The notes under the pieces: model-generated
What the model saw: the letters and a program-made list of their open reading frames with translations, nothing else
Told to the model about the DNA's origin: nothing
Database searches by the model: none
Shown: positions 12,257 to 27,435 of the stretch, in pieces
Layout of the letters: each line of letters begins with the position of its first letter
Numbering within the stretch: position 1 is the first letter of the stretch
DNA from: Eledone cirrhosa
Lineage: Eukaryota
Assembly: GCA_964016885.1 (NCBI GenBank)
Contig: CAXHJY010000941.1
Location: forward strand, 138,109 to 202,108
Reading direction: 5' to 3'
DNA: 64,000 bases
Translations under genes and position numbers: made by a program

Positions 12257-14583
12257 TGAGGTTTTCAGGATTGCTAGGCAATGTGTCAAGGAAAACTGTG
12301 ATATTGTCGGGGAGAAGTGTGTACTTAACGACGATGGCACACTTGCCATCACCGACGCTGATAAGAAGGTAGCTTGGAAGTGTCACTACGAAAGGCTACT
12401 AAATGAGGAGAATAAATGGGAGAAAGACAGTCTCCCCCACATCGATCCAATAGAGGGACCAGCAGTGTTAGTCGAAGGTAGTATAATAAGTAAGGCAATC
12501 AAAGATATGAAGACGGGTAAGGCGGCTGGGCCTTCGGAAATAGTTGCTGAGATGCTGAAAGCCTCCGGTATGGTGGGACACACCATGGTCACCCGGATAG
12601 TAAACCAAGTCATATAGAATGGGGTTGTTCCGAAGGACTGGCATAGCAGCATCATCGTTAACTGTTACAAGGGTAAAGGAGACGCCCTAGATAGGAGTAA
12701 CTATAGAGGCATTAAATTAATCGACCAGGTCATGAAGGTCACGGAAAAAGTAATAGCGCAACTAATCAGAGAGAGAATTGATCTAGATGAAATGCAGTTC
12801 AGGTTTGTGTCAGGAAAAAGTACCACAGACGCTCTTTTCATTGTACGACAACTACAGGAGAAGTACCTAGCTAAAAGTAAACCCCTATACTTAGCTTTTG
12901 TCGACTTGGAGAAAGCCTTCGACAGAGTCCCCTGTTCCATTATCTGGTGGGCTCTTAGAAAACTAGGTGTTGACGAATGGCTTGTAAGAGCCATACAAGC
13001 CATGTATAAAGAAACAGTCAGCAAGGTTAGAATTAACAACGAATATAGTGAAGAGTTTAGCGTAAAAGTTGGTGTCCATCAGGGCTCTGTTCTTAGCCCC
13101 CTACTATTTATTATTGCCCTTCAGGCTATAACAGAGGAGTTCAAGACCGGCTGCCCATGGGAACTCCTATACGCAGATGATCTAACGCTCATCGCTGAAT
13201 CAATGGCCGAGCTAGAGAAGAAATTCCAAACATGGAAGCACGGCCTAGAATCAAAAGGCCTTAAAATTAACCTGGCTAAGACTAAAGTTCTAGTTTGTAG
13301 GAAAGAAAATAAGGCGCCGGTCCCCTCCGGGAAATGGCCATGCTCAGTGTGTAGGAAGGCGTAGGTAGAAACTCCATTTTATGTCCCAAATGCAAAGTAT
13401 GGGTGCATAAAAGATGTAGTGGGATCACAGGTAAGCTAACTAAGAACATAGATTTTACATGTGGCCAGTGCTCTGGTGCAATAAGTAGCAGCAAGTGCCC
13501 ACAAAACACTAACTCTTTCACTTGCGCAGAGGGTTCTATAGAAATAGTGGACAGCTTCCATTACCTGGGTGACAAAATCAGCAGTGGGAGAGGGTGCTCT
13601 GAAAGTACAGTAGCTAGAGTCAGAACTGGATGGAAAAAGTTCAGAGAGCTTATACCACTATCACCCACTAAAGGGTTCTCCCTAAAAATGAAAGGCAGGT
13701 TGTATGATGCCTGCATACGAACAGCAATGTTGCATGGCAGTGAGACCTGGGCATTGTGTGCAGAGGATATACGCAGACTAGAGAGGAACGAAGATTGCAT
13801 GCTCCGCTGGATGTGTAATAGTAATATACGTGAACGGCAAAGCATAAACGAACTAAGCAAAAAATTAGACATAAGAGGGATCAGATGTTGTTTACTTGAG
13901 AGAAGGCTACGTTGGTATGGTCACGTGATGCGCATGAAAGACGACAGCTGTATAACAAAGGGCAGGGCAATAAAGATAGATGGTAGCCACGGAGTAGGCA
14001 GACCCAGGAAAACCTGGGACGAGCTGATAAATTCCGACCTCACACACTTACACCTCTTCAAGACAATGTCACTGGACCAAGACCTTTGGCGGTACTCAGT
14101 AACAGAGAAGACCCGCCTCACCTAAATACAAAGTAAAACCTACTAGTCAGTAGGCATCTCTAAGAAAATACACCCCCGTCCCACCCCATCCACACCGCCC
14201 CCTTCAATGCAAAGTTATGTTGGTGCCACAACATCCAGGCCGAAACAAACGAGATCGTGTAGGTGTCACGACAAAAAAACACACAGTCCACGCTGTAATG
14301 TGACCGTGTAGGCAACATGGTAAAAACCTCCCAGTCCCACACTGTAAATGTGGTTGGTGTTAGGAAGGGCATCCAGCTGTAGAAAACCCGCCAGACAGTC
14401 CACGCTGTAATGTGGCCGTGTAGGCAACACGGTAAAAACCTCCCATCCCCACACTGTAAATGTGGTTGGTGTTAGGAAGGGCATCCAGCTGTAGAAAACC
14501 CAAGACAACCACTCTTGCCTCAAGTGGGAAAACCCATGCAAGCGTGGAACAGGGACGTTAAACGATGATGATGATGATGATGA
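12257..14583 (+). mobile_element. RTE-clade LINE, 5'-truncated, frameshifted
   Basis: ORFs 12732-13364 and 13403-14125 carry RT motifs (DLEKAFDRV, LLYADD, YLG, RRLRWYGHV). It has a (GAT)n tail, (TA)n flanks and a 112-bp tandem duplication in the 3' UTR. Confidence 0.95.
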
Positions 14584-15143
<560 letters not shown>

Positions 15144-17831
15144 ATATTAATAAGAACGATGAAGTTCGATTTACATTTATTTAGACTTTTATTGTGTACC
15201 GACCTGTTATCGATCTGGTCTTCAGACTGGCGATGCGACAAAACATATAGTATTTGTTGTGACTTGTATGTGGGTGCTGGAGTGCAATAGGTAGGGTAAC
15301 TTTGTGTGTATATATACACCTGTATATTCATATTGATTACTGACACATGGAAAGTGATTAAAGATAAAAATGGTATTTCCTATATCAGTTATGTTGCTAT
15401 AATAATGCTTTCTTTATTTGCTATAATAATAAAATCACTTTCCAATTACAAAGCCCTTGTTTCTAATTCTACATTTGTCCCTGTAAATAGTTATTTCTCT
15501 AAAGTCATACAATTAATCTTGAATGTCATTTGTACATAAATACTGAACAGGCAACCATTAAGTTATATCCTAGAAATAAATTATTAAAATACCATTTTTA
15601 TCTTTAATCACTTTTCATGTGTCAGTAACCAACATAAATTATAAGGTTTCTCTTATGCAAATCATGTTTATCAGAACTTACATTTCCCAGTTTGTATGAT
15701 TGTTCATATATCCAATGATCCTGTTATGTACGGCATAACATTGATGGACTCCAAAAACTTAACTACATTCAAAACTATTGCTGGCATGGGTCTACTGGTC
15801 ATCAATATTATTATTATTTTTTTGTTGTTCATGTAATTGTTCTTGTTTAGAAAATTTGTAAGTATAGAGTTAGACAATCTATATGCTTTGCATGCAACCA
15901 TTAAATTTTATTTATTTGGTCAGCAGCATAACTTAATTCAGCATTCTAGCCATTTCCGCACCATCTTTATTATAGCTGTACTATCTTAAGTAGTGAAACT
16001 TAAAACACGTGGTCTTTATTTTAAAAACAAAGTGTTTATAATACAATAAGCAGAGGGAAATGTTTGAAGAAGAGCAGTAATAAGATATCTTAGATAAAGG
16101 AGATAGACTAATCTTAGCCATTGCAGTAAACCCAGACACATAACATTCATGTATTTTCAGGATGGGTAATCAACTTCAAAGTTACACTTTTTGTGGAGTA
16201 CAAAGTAATAGATTTAATTGCATTGTAGCTGTAGACAAAAACTATTATCTTTTTACTTCAGTTAACCTTACTGGAAAGTGGTTTGTGCTAGGAAGGTTTT
16301 TGCTGATAAAGAAAAAAAAAACTTTATTGCATCAACATATTTGCAGAAACACCTGTAAATTTAATTAATTTTCACATTTTGGTTTATTTGTCCATTCAGC
16401 AACTTTTTCTGTAAGTCACAGAATACTTATAAGCCTTTAGCTTAATTCAGAAAGTATTTTGGTAGATTTAGTAGGCATGTTGAAAGTCTAATGAAACTTG
16501 AAATATGATAATCTTATTGCTGTTTATGTGTTTTGATTGAGTTGGGTTTAAGCCAAAAACAATATTTAAACGTGCTTTTATATATTAACCTAAACATAAT
16601 AGATAAAATATTTAATGTATGAAGAAAAATGTATGAAGAAAACTGAATAAACAAATATTGATAAACGTTAAGGAATATATTAAACAAATGTTATACAAAC
16701 TAAGGAATATTTATATAAAAATGAATGCTTAAACTGAAAAAAAAATCATTATCATCATTTTACATTCATTCTTTCATCCTAGCATGAGATGGACAAGACT
16801 TTTTAAAGAAGCTTTCCTACAGCCAGATGTTTTTTTAATGAAATTTGACTTTTTATAGGAACATTGAGATGTAATAGATGTCATGACCTCAGTAGAATTT
16901 GAATGCAGAGTGAAGACAACTGGAACAAATATCAAGGCCTTTTTAAAATGACACCCTAGCCAATTTGCTCCCTATTTATGCCTATTAGTTCTGAAATGAA
17001 CAGTAAATAAATATAACCAGATGCAATACATTAGTTCAGTGATATACAATATCTCCTAGGTAGACCTCCAGTGGTCCATACCAAAGTTTTGATGAGTGAT
17101 GTCCTGTGTTGCACAATGCAATTAAAAGTAAATTTATATTTGGGAGCCTACCTTCTGAAAAAAAAATCTTTCATGAACTCTGTGGTCTACTATCTGAAAA
17201 TGATTATTTGTCATGTTCTAGTTGACAAACTGTTGCCACTGCTCTTTTCTACTGAGTGGTTGGTATTTTGGATTTAGGAAAAGGTTATAACTGTAAAACT
17301 AGACAATTATTTACAGGGGTCATACAAATATTAAATATCAACAATCATACTGCAACTAATACTCTTGTGGGAAAACAGAGGTAAAGCTTTGAAAAGAAGA
17401 ATTATTTACATAACCAAGAATAGTTACAACATAACCAAAACTTGAAATATAGGCTCTGTGTATTGAGCCAGTATCTTATTTTAAAGTTTCCTTTATAATT
17501 CTAGAGAACATATATCAGAACATTTAATCATTTCGCTTCCATCTATATATATATAGATGGTAACCAAAAATCATAAACAGAAATAGATGGTAACCAGAAA
17601 TCATAAACAAGAGTGAAAAAAACACACAAAAGACCTCTTTTCATCTCTCTCTCTCTCTCTCTCACACACATACATATCATCATCACCGTTTCACGTCCAT
17701 TTTTCCATAGGTTAGACGAGTATATATATTTATACACACATTGGTTGACTAGGGGTTAAACAAAGCAATTACAACAGCAGAGGGACAAGGGAGCTTTTAC
17801 ATTGATCAACTTGCTAGAAATAGCAGTGGGC

Positions 17832-18263
17832 TAACCCTTTAGTATTTACATTACTTTATATATACTATTATATTTTTATGGTAAAGGATTGGTGGATTGG
17901 CAGTATCAGTAGAGGGTCGGACGCCATGCTTTCCAGCATAGTTACGTCCTTTTACAATCTGAGTTCAAATCCTGCCGGGGTTGACTTTGCCTTTCATCCT
18001 TATAGGGTCGATAAAATAAAGTACCAGTAATGCACTGGGTAATTGCTGGCCTTGTGCCTAAAGTAGAAATAATTATATTTTTATGGTAAAGGCTTTATCT
18101 CACATAATTATCTCACATAATATGGAATCTTTGAGATTTTGATATTTATTTTGAGAACAATAACTTAACATCAGTTTGAGCAGCCGGTTACAGCCGGTTT
18201 GAACAGAAAGAGGTGAGAGAATTCTGGTGCTGGATATGGCTGGTTTGAATGCTAAAGGGTTAA
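17832..18263. mobile_element. piggyBac-type MITE interrupted by a SINE
   Basis: The ends taaccctttagtatt and aatgctaaagggttaa form CCCTT/AAGGG inverted termini in a TTAA-like context. Confidence 0.6.
17888..18071 (+). mobile_element. tRNA-derived SINE with Meta-like central domain and a 21-bp target-site duplication
   Basis: B box gagttcaaatcc and central ggttgactttgcctttcatcct...ggtcgataaaataaagtacc. It is flanked by the direct repeat attatatttttatggtaaagg (17867-17887, 18072-18092). Family copies lie at 26095-26277, 31170-31385 (-), 31645-31840, 31860-32000, 36015-36170 (-) and 40228-40340. Confidence 0.85.
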
Positions 18264-20847
18264 ACAACAATGGCAATTGAAAAACAAACCTCTACGATCA
18301 CACAGTCAGCTAGAAATAATCATTAAATTTCCTTCAAACTGCACTCTTCTGTCTTTAAAAATGAAATGACAAATCTAATAATTTAATACCTGGTGAATAA
18401 TAATACAGGATGGTCATAGCTAGAATGTGTTTGTAGATAGGTAGGTAGGTATTACTAAGAAAATATCTATATATGATTTTCAAATATATTTGAAAATTCT
18501 CAATGATTTTGAGAGATTTATAACTAACTTTTTTATTATTAAGTTTGTGTTTAAAACATAACTTAAAGGTTCTTACATAAAATTATGATGAAGGTTTTTT
18601 TAAAATAAATGTAAACACTTTAAAATAAACAGCTTTGTATCATAGAACCAGGAGCTAGTTCAGGTGGTTTTGTGTCAAAAAGGTTATGGTTTCTGTTACT
18701 AATATAGCACACTATTATTCAGTGTTCTTCACTGTGCACTAATGAGCCATGTCAAAGCCATTGAATTATCTGTCTTTGCAAAAAGACCACAACTGTGCCA
18801 TTAATTGAATGCAAGCTACTGTTCCATCAGTTGACAGGTTGTTATTTTAATGACTTGGTAAATAGCTACTCTCTCTCTCTCTCATTAGTATTATCAAACA
18901 TGTGAAAATTTGTCACTCTACTTGCTAAAGATAAAACTCACTTCCAGCTGCAAGTTTTCATTCAATTTTTAATTAACTTAAACTTCAGAGTTGTCTCACT
19001 TGTATTTTTGAGCAGAATTAATCATTATGTAATGATTTTATTATAATTTTGGGAGTAATTATAATTAATAAAACATTTTTTGCTCACTACATTAAATATG
19101 TTAATTCACACTTAATATAGTGATAGGTTAACATAGTAATAGGTTTGGTATGAAAAAAACAGAGAGATCAAACTTTGTGACATTCATGTGTTCTTGCATC
19201 CATATACAAAGTATTCAATAGTGTATTATACATAATAGTTCTACTGATATTGGCATTGTTTCCATGACACAAAGTTTAAATTTTCTATTCTTCAAACTAA
19301 TACATTTATGTAAATATAAAATTTATAGAAAATATTCTATGAATTTAATAACCTTAATAAATCTAACTCAATAATCACTACAGAGCCACATAAAATAATC
19401 AAGAATATATTTTATTTATTGGATTAGTCTGGAGGAAGGGATTGGGCTCGTGGTTTTTGCATTCCTTTCAAGACTGGTGGGAAAAACATGGACAAAGAGA
19501 TTTTCAAAGAAACAATATTCTTAGGAAGAAGGAATAGGCATGCTGGCTAGTACAGACCTTGGGAAGGAGAGTGGTCACAATGTGGATACCAAATGGAGAA
19601 GAAGCCAGTATATATAACAGTAAAAATGACAAAGTGAGGAGATAAACAGTACATATGTAGGTGAAAAGCTAGAATATGTTGGAGAATAACTTCATACCAA
19701 TCAGATGAGTTACCTTTTTTTGTAGATAGAATTGAGGACAACTGTATATGTTGTAGTAACAGTTGTGGATGCAGTACTTCAATGTGTGTCTCATTGTTGA
19801 TACTGTAAATACCTGACATATTCATCTTCAAATCGATTTTTAAATTACAGTTTTGGAAATATTTTTTTTTTTGACAGATATAATAGAAAATTGCTAACCT
19901 TCCTTAGCAATAAAGATATATGGTAAATGTGCACTCATAGTAATCTTATATTAATTTATGATATATGGAGGTTCATTGGTTGGCTTTTGAAACGAGTATG
20001 TATATAGAAAACATGATTTCTATTTTAGTAAACATATCAGGAAATCTATACATATCATATCTTAATAAGAAACCTATCATACCAAATACAGTCCCTAGCA
20101 AAATATACACAGCATCACAGGAAAGTAAAATATTCACAGTTTGATTCATATTCCAAATATGCTGCTGTAGTAACAGCAAAGAATTTTTCTCCAATGGTGT
20201 TGTTGTTTATAGATGTGCTTAAAATGTTTAAACAAATATTGATGAATATATAATTTTAGATATGGTTCCTTTCTTTTTAACATAAACAACACCATCAATT
20301 TAAAATAAAACATTCTAATTTAGTTTAAATTTACACAGAAGTAGGTTAAAACATACAAAAAGTTCTGATTTATGGTCTTTAAGTGATGGAAATATTCTTT
20401 TCCTTGCTGAAGTAATATCTAGATGGAAAAAAACTACCAATTTACAAAATTACATTGTGTTGTGTAAAATCCTATCAATAGTATAAAACTAATACAAAAT
20501 TGCAATGTAAAAATTATTTATATGAGAATAATACACACAAATGTCCATTTATTATTTGTAAAATATGCGTAAAATTTTGCTTACAAAGCATAATCAAGAA
20601 CATTTTCTTAATATTACCACTACTAAAAATGTGAAGGCTAAGGGGTAGAGTTGTTGGATTACCAGCCAAAGCCATGAGTTTAATTTTCTACCAACCTAGG
20701 TGCTGCTTTCATTTCATAGTTGAGTGCTAACTATTAGGAAAAGTATCAAGAATTATCACCCAGAATAGTTCTTTAGTAATTAATTTATATTCAGAAGTTA
20801 ATCTATGGATGTATGCATATGTGTGTCTATACATATATATCTACCAA

Positions 20848-20915
<68 letters not shown>

Positions 20916-20922
20916 TACTTAC

Positions 20923-20953
<31 letters not shown>

Positions 20954-21078
20954 CGCCACCTACGGAAACGTCTTATTGAGTCAAACAACGCCGTATGCTA
21001 AAACTATCCACAATATGAAGTATTCACAACCTCTAACTGGATTACCTATAATGATATTTTATTATCTCTTATATATAT

Positions 21079-21462
21079 ATCATTATCATCATTTTACGTC
21101 CGCTTTTCCCTGCTTGCAAGGGGTGACGGGAACTGATTCTGGCTTGATTTATACAGCTGGATGCCCTCCTAACACCAACCTCATTTACAGTGAGTGGCTG
21201 GGTGCTTTTTTTCCGTGGCGCTGCACGTCCATTTTACAGTGTGGACTGGGTGCTTTTTTTGCCGTGGCATCTCCACAACCATTTTGCAGTGGAATGATAT
21301 GGATCCCAGTCTCTATCATCTCATTTCTACAGCTGAGTAAACTGGAGCAATGTGAAATAAAGTGTCTTGCTCAAGGAAACAACACATCACCCGGTCCGAG
21401 AATTGAACTCACAACCTTTCGATTGCAAGGCCAATACTCTAACCACTAAGCCATTTGTCTCC
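21079..21462 (-). mobile_element. tRNA/CORE-type SINE with RTE-derived 3' tail
   Basis: Reverse-complement relative of 14827-15143, flanked by (TA)n. Confidence 0.85.
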
Positions 21463-21874
21463 ATATATATATATATATATATGTAATGGCTTACATTTTT
21501 TAACACGTTATCTTACTTTCATCTTGCTGTTTTTCTTCCTTTTTTCTTTTGTTTCATTTATGACTCCCATGCTATAAAATGCACCACACTTTTTCTTTGA
21601 TGCCACATACAATTGTATGTGTACTTGTAGCTTAATTGCTATAAATTAATGTTTTGTCTCTCATCTCTTACTCCATTGGACAGCTTTTGGCTTATGTTAG
21701 ATGCTGTGATCCTGGATGGACCAACAGTAACAGCCTGGAGTTCCGTGTCCTTTGTATGTTTATTTAAAAAAAATAATTTTTTAAGGTATCCCCTTAAAAA
21801 ATTGATTTTCGTTTTGCCTTGTTTCCTTTCATTGTCTTGTCCTCTCTGTTAAAATTTTTTAAAGATTATTTATA

Positions 21875-23170
21875 TATTGTTATACTTTTGGAAGGTCATA
21901 CTGCCAATAGAAACACATGCATCTATTGGTTTTCACTTCAATCTATTACAAATATCTAGTTGATTGGTTTGATAACTGGAAGGTTGTTTGTGTATTGTTA
22001 AAGCTCTTTCATCATACATTCTGGGACCTCCTCAGTGACTAATTTGTCATTTTGTGTATCTCCTTTGTTTTGTCCTACACCATCTTGTTTTTGTGTGCTG
22101 TGTATTTGGGTTGTGCATGCATTATATCCAGGTGTGTGTGTGTTTTTATTTATTTATTTATACGTTTATTTACTTGTCACTAGTTGGTTGCTTGTTCTAT
22201 CTGTGTGTGTCTGGTTTGTTTTATTAGTTTGGTTCTTTTGTGTCTTTGTATGTGTTTATCTTGTCCTTAATTACTAGTTGTGATGTTGTTGCTATTCCAC
22301 TCATGTTTTCTGTTTAATTTTGGCTGGAGTTCGTTTATGGTTGTCGCTTCTGTAATCTGTCAGAGCATTGCTTCTTTTCTCTGTGACCCAATTTTCTATT
22401 TTGGCATGTTGGTGAAGTACTGATGAGTTTTTCCCACCCTGGAGTTTTCGCCAGTGTTCACTTATCCTTTCTCCTATGCTACGGGCCATCTCACCTATGT
22501 AAGTTGTGTTCTTATTCCTACACTGTCCCTCCATATATCTTATGCTATATACTACGTTCCGAGTTTTGCAGTTAATTTGTGGGCTGAATTTGCAGGCTAT
22601 ACATTTCTTATCAGTGCAGGTTTTTTTTTTCAAAAAGATCCTTTTATGGGAATACCTGGTCTTTCAACTATCTTAATATTTAAATTTTGTTTGTCTAGAG
22701 CCCTTCTAAATCTGTAAGCTAGTTCGGCTCTGGGAGTTGCATTGATGGACACTACACTCTGATATTTATTGCTATCATACCACAAGTTAACTTATTAGTT
22801 TTCTTCTTAATTCTTTCTATCTCATTCCAAGATTCACTCCCAGACATGGGGCAAGTCCCATTTGCATCATTTTCTACAATCTTTGTCCTTTTGATCCTGG
22901 CTCCTTTATATACCCTGATCTCATCTCTCTGATTGTAGCCAGAGAACTGCATGCAGTGGATGAAGTGTTGCATGTGTCTCTCTAATTGTTTAGGATTGCA
23001 CATGCAGGACACATTCCTCATCACTCTTACTAAATCTGCAATTAGTATGTTAACTTTCATGTTATCCAAAATGGTTGAGTCTTAGTGGATCAGGTTCTTG
23101 GAGGTCATGGGTTTGGCTTAATGTGAATGGAGGATTTGTATTTTATTTGTGTCTGGGGACATTTCAATTA
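21875..23170 (-). mobile_element. Decayed Penelope-like element (RT thumb/linker, GIY-YIG endonuclease, pLTR with degenerate HHR)
   Basis: ORF 22301-22633 reads CTDKKCIAC...CKTRNVVYSI...YIGEMARSIGERISEH...SVLHQH, a PLE GIY-YIG. ORF 22752-23069 is the upstream linker. An HHR-like motif at 21997-22039 (-) reads gtca CTGAGGA...GAAA gagc TT taac. Confidence 0.85.
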
Positions 23171-26094
23171 TGGGGTGTATGATCATGGAGAGGAAGCAGG
23201 AGAGTAATAAAGCATATGTATATAACATTGGTATTAATAATATCCTAAGATTTTAGGTCCTTTCCAAAACAAATATTAATAACATGTTTTACGTGCTGGA
23301 ATCTGGAAAAGACCAATACAGATGCAGTCTTTTACAGATATTTTGATAGTTAATAAAAAGCTATCTTATTTAGCAATAGATCTTTCTTGGTGAATCTTTC
23401 CATCTCTACTAGTGGAGGCATGGAGGTTAGTGGTTAGGTTGTTTGGTTCACAATCCTATGATCATGAGTTTGATTCCTACCCACACCAAGTGGCACATTG
23501 TGTCCTTGAGCAAGATGCTTTATTTCATGTTGCTCCAGTGGTCTGAGAACTTATCTCCCCTTTCTACTGTATTAATGATATTGAAAGCTCTTGTAACAGA
23601 ACAAAATGATCTGTTGTTGAGACCACCTTCATTTCTCCACACCAGGAGGAGATGGAACTGCCCATGCTACTCCACCACCACACTATATCTATTTTAAAGA
23701 ATCAATATAGATAATCTTTGAAACATACAGTTAAGAAAATCATACAAGATATATTATATTTACATTATATAGTTACTTACATATATCTGTAGCTATATGT
23801 AAATAACTATTTTTATGAAGGGTTGTGTTAGGAATTAATTTATAGAAATTTCAAAAATTGATATGAGTATGAATGAGATTTTAGGATGTTTATGGATTTG
23901 TCAAGGGCAACAACATTAACATATTGTCATTATGTTTGAAGGTGGAATTTGTATAAGCTTCTTTTTTATGCTTATAAAAATAATTTTAAAAACTTTTTAA
24001 AGAATTAATTTCATTAACATTCAGTGTTTTATTGAAACATATTAGCTTCAATAAAAATGTTACTTGTTCATTTGAAGCTGAAGATTTTTTATGGTAAGAG
24101 AATGGAAGAAATAATGTTGATTATTTACCCAAGTTATGTGAACACTTGTATCAACTCTCAATAATTCTGAACTCATTTCGAGGGAATTAGCTCCTCATCT
24201 GTATGCACAATACATTTTTGCTTCTCAAAAATAATATCAGACTCTGCTCAAGCTAGAATGCTGTTAGTTCTTATAAAACTTCTTTGTTTTAATGGCTCCT
24301 TCAGAGGAGAAAAAGCAGTACCTATGATCTTTATATGGCTTCTGAGACTGGTCAGATAAAGGGAGGAAGTTAATTTGACCAAATGCCTAGCAGCAGTAGC
24401 TAATGCCGCCTGTAGACCAGGTGGTGCTGTTAAAGTGAGGGACATTTTAAGTCTATTACCCAATATCAGGAATTATTCCTATAACAGGCTTCTACACTGT
24501 TTCTGTGTTTCAAATTTCCAAATTTCTCTTGACTATGCTATAAGACGCTTGCCTAAGATGACATACAATGGAATTGAATGCTCTAAAGATACCATCCAGC
24601 CCCTCCTTCTCAGCACTGCTGCCCTCTGAGTGTCTCCTTATCCATGTTTTCTTTTTTTTCTGAAAGCATTGACCAGCAAGTGTTGAAGCTGAGCATCAAT
24701 CATCAGTCATCAATCAAGTTTCGGGGAGGGGTTACAAAGATTGAGTACTTCTCTACTGAGTCCTTTATAAAAGTAATTTTTTTAAATTCAATCTTTATAA
24801 ATAACAAAATATGTGATGTTATTTTCTCAATATTTTTAGAGATTTTAATTTTTTGAGAGAATTTACATTTTAGATTTTGAGAAATAAATAAGTTTGAATT
24901 TAAGATGTTTTGAGAGAAAATCCATAGATTTTGTAATTTAATGATTTCTATTTTTATGAAAAGAGAGTTGAATATGTAAATGCTTTGTAAAATCGATAAA
25001 ACATAAAGCTTGGAAAGTATTGTCCAGAATGAGACACAGATAAATATAAAGACCCAGTCTTCCATAATGCAACAATTCTAATAATAATTTTAAATATAGG
25101 CAAAAAGCCACACATTTTAGAGGGATGAAGAGTCAATTTAATCAATCTTAACTAAAACATATTTTATTGATCTTTGAAAAATAAAAGGAAAAAACTGCCA
25201 TATTAGGATTTGTACTGCCATTTGCCTGGTGATAATAATAGCAATAAATGACTAATTAGTCATGTAAATCTAACCTAGTTAAGTTAGCCTTAACATATCT
25301 AATGCAAGGAGCATTAAACAGCAAAGTAGAAATAATTAGGGAGTGTGATAAAAAGATTGTTAATGTCTAATATTACTTTAATACTTTAAGTAAGTATGGG
25401 AGATAATTCTGAGCAACTTTTAGTTATGTTATGAATGTTATAAGTGCATTAATGAAAAACAGATTTGACTGAATTACCCAAGTAGTGATAAAAGAACCAC
25501 TAAATAAATTTACAAGACTATATCCAGGTTGACATAGAAAATAGGATTGCTTAGAGAATAAATGAGATCTTAAGATCAAAACATAACCCACATTGTCTCC
25601 TGAAATATTTGAAATAATATTAGTCATTAACTAATACTGTTTTTTCCTCACTACATAATTATTTCTAGTTAGTGTTTTTTAATAGCACTGGCATTGAATA
25701 TATTAACACTATCATGACTATTGTCTTTTTCATTTTATCATCATTGATCATAGAGACATCTCATCAAGAAGTGTATTCGATTAAATGTAACTATGTTCTA
25801 AAATAACTGTAGAAGCCTAACAAGAACATGGAAATTACGGTGTACTTGAATCAAAGAATCGCCATTGTTAGTCTGTGTCCTTCAATGATGCCTCCTTTGT
25901 CAGCCTCTTTGTGATTACTTTCATTGTCTACCATGGTATTTTCTCCCCCCTAACAACCATTCTTGAAGAACCATCAATACTAAACTTTTTAAAAGTACAC
26001 TATATTGATCCCTAGACTGCTATCTTGCAGCTCCTTCTGATTATATTTCTTCTTGTAATTTTCCATACATATATTTGGCAGTTGATGACCTGAC

Positions 26095-26277
26095 GGTGGA
26101 TTGGCAGTATCGGTAGAGGGTCGGACGCCATGCTTTCCAGCATAGTTACGTCCCTTTACGATCTGAGTTCAAATCCCGCCGAGGTTGACTTTGCCTTTCA
26201 TCCTTACGGGGTCGATAAAATAAAGTGCCAGTAATGTACTGGGTAATTGCTGGCCTTGTGCCTAACGTAGAAACAAT
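26095..26277 (+). mobile_element. Meta-like SINE copy
   Basis: Closely matches 17888-18071. Confidence 0.85.
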
Positions 26278-27210
26278 TCTTTGAATGACTCCAGCCCTAG
26301 GTCTCTGCTCTTGGGTTTGGCCTACCCAACAATGTTGTTATTTGTAATGGCTTCTTACCAATGTATATGCAAGATTCTTTGCAGCTTTGTCTGATAAAAG
26401 CATTTCGAACTTTGTCTTTTTGTCTGGATTATTTATTTTCAAAATAAATCTAGCCTAGTTTTGAATTTAAACTACCAAATTCACAGTTAAGATACTCATG
26501 CATAATATTTTGTTGGTATGCAGAATGCTTCCCTTCTTGATAGGGCTGGTGCTAGTTTATTTGGCATCCTAGGATCAATCTTACACTCCCAATTAAAAAG
26601 GGAGCTTGCATGATTTTAAAGCTCAATATCTTTTTGTACTCTTTTTTTTTACGATTTTGTGTTCCAGACAATTTTCATTTTATAACTTCTTTCAGCCATC
26701 ACACGCTGAGAAATGCAGTTGAAAAATTGTAATTAACTTGCAGACATAGATAAAATCTATACTTTTATGATCAGTCATATCATAGAGTAACTATGTTATT
26801 TATAAAAATTTGAAATGTTTCATTTTAGTTATTTATAGCTGTATAAAATTAGTTATTTATAAAGATATAGTATGACTCAAACATATATTTGTTTTTCATG
26901 TGAAAATTTGACTTAATAGTTGACTAATCCTTGATTTAAAGCTAATATGATAACATACTGTTATAAGTATAAAATTAACACATGCCTCGAAAAATACATT
27001 AATTTTTCATGTGGAAACTTAACTAATCTATGATTGAAACCTAACATGACAACTTAGTGTTAAAGAAACATCCTTAAACAACTAAACTTCCCCAATAGGA
27101 AAAATATTGAGAACTTGATGCCTGGTACCATCGACAAATACCTTTCAATATTGCTGTTTTTTTTAAATTTATAATACAGTTACCTATACTATTAAGAGCC
27201 CAGCAAGCCT

Positions 27211-27435
27211 TTAACACTTTCATTATAATATTTCCGATGAAAGACACGGCCTATTATTTTCAAATGATTTTGAATACAATCAAGAACTTAGAATGATTTA
27301 GTTAAATAACTTTTTCATTATACAGATGGTGTTTAGAACATAAAATAAGGTGGAAGGTTTTTAAACACTTTAAAATAAACAACTTTATATCATAGAACCC
27401 AGGGGCAGTTTCAGACAGTTTCATATCAAAAGAAT
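27211..27435 (+). mobile_element. piggyBac-type MITE family, decayed (also ~18470-18688 and 34910-35137)
   Basis: Three copies share cactttaaaataaaca...atcatagaacc...tttcag...atcaaaagggttaa. The termini resemble TTAACCCTTT/AAAGGGTTAA. Confidence 0.5.
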
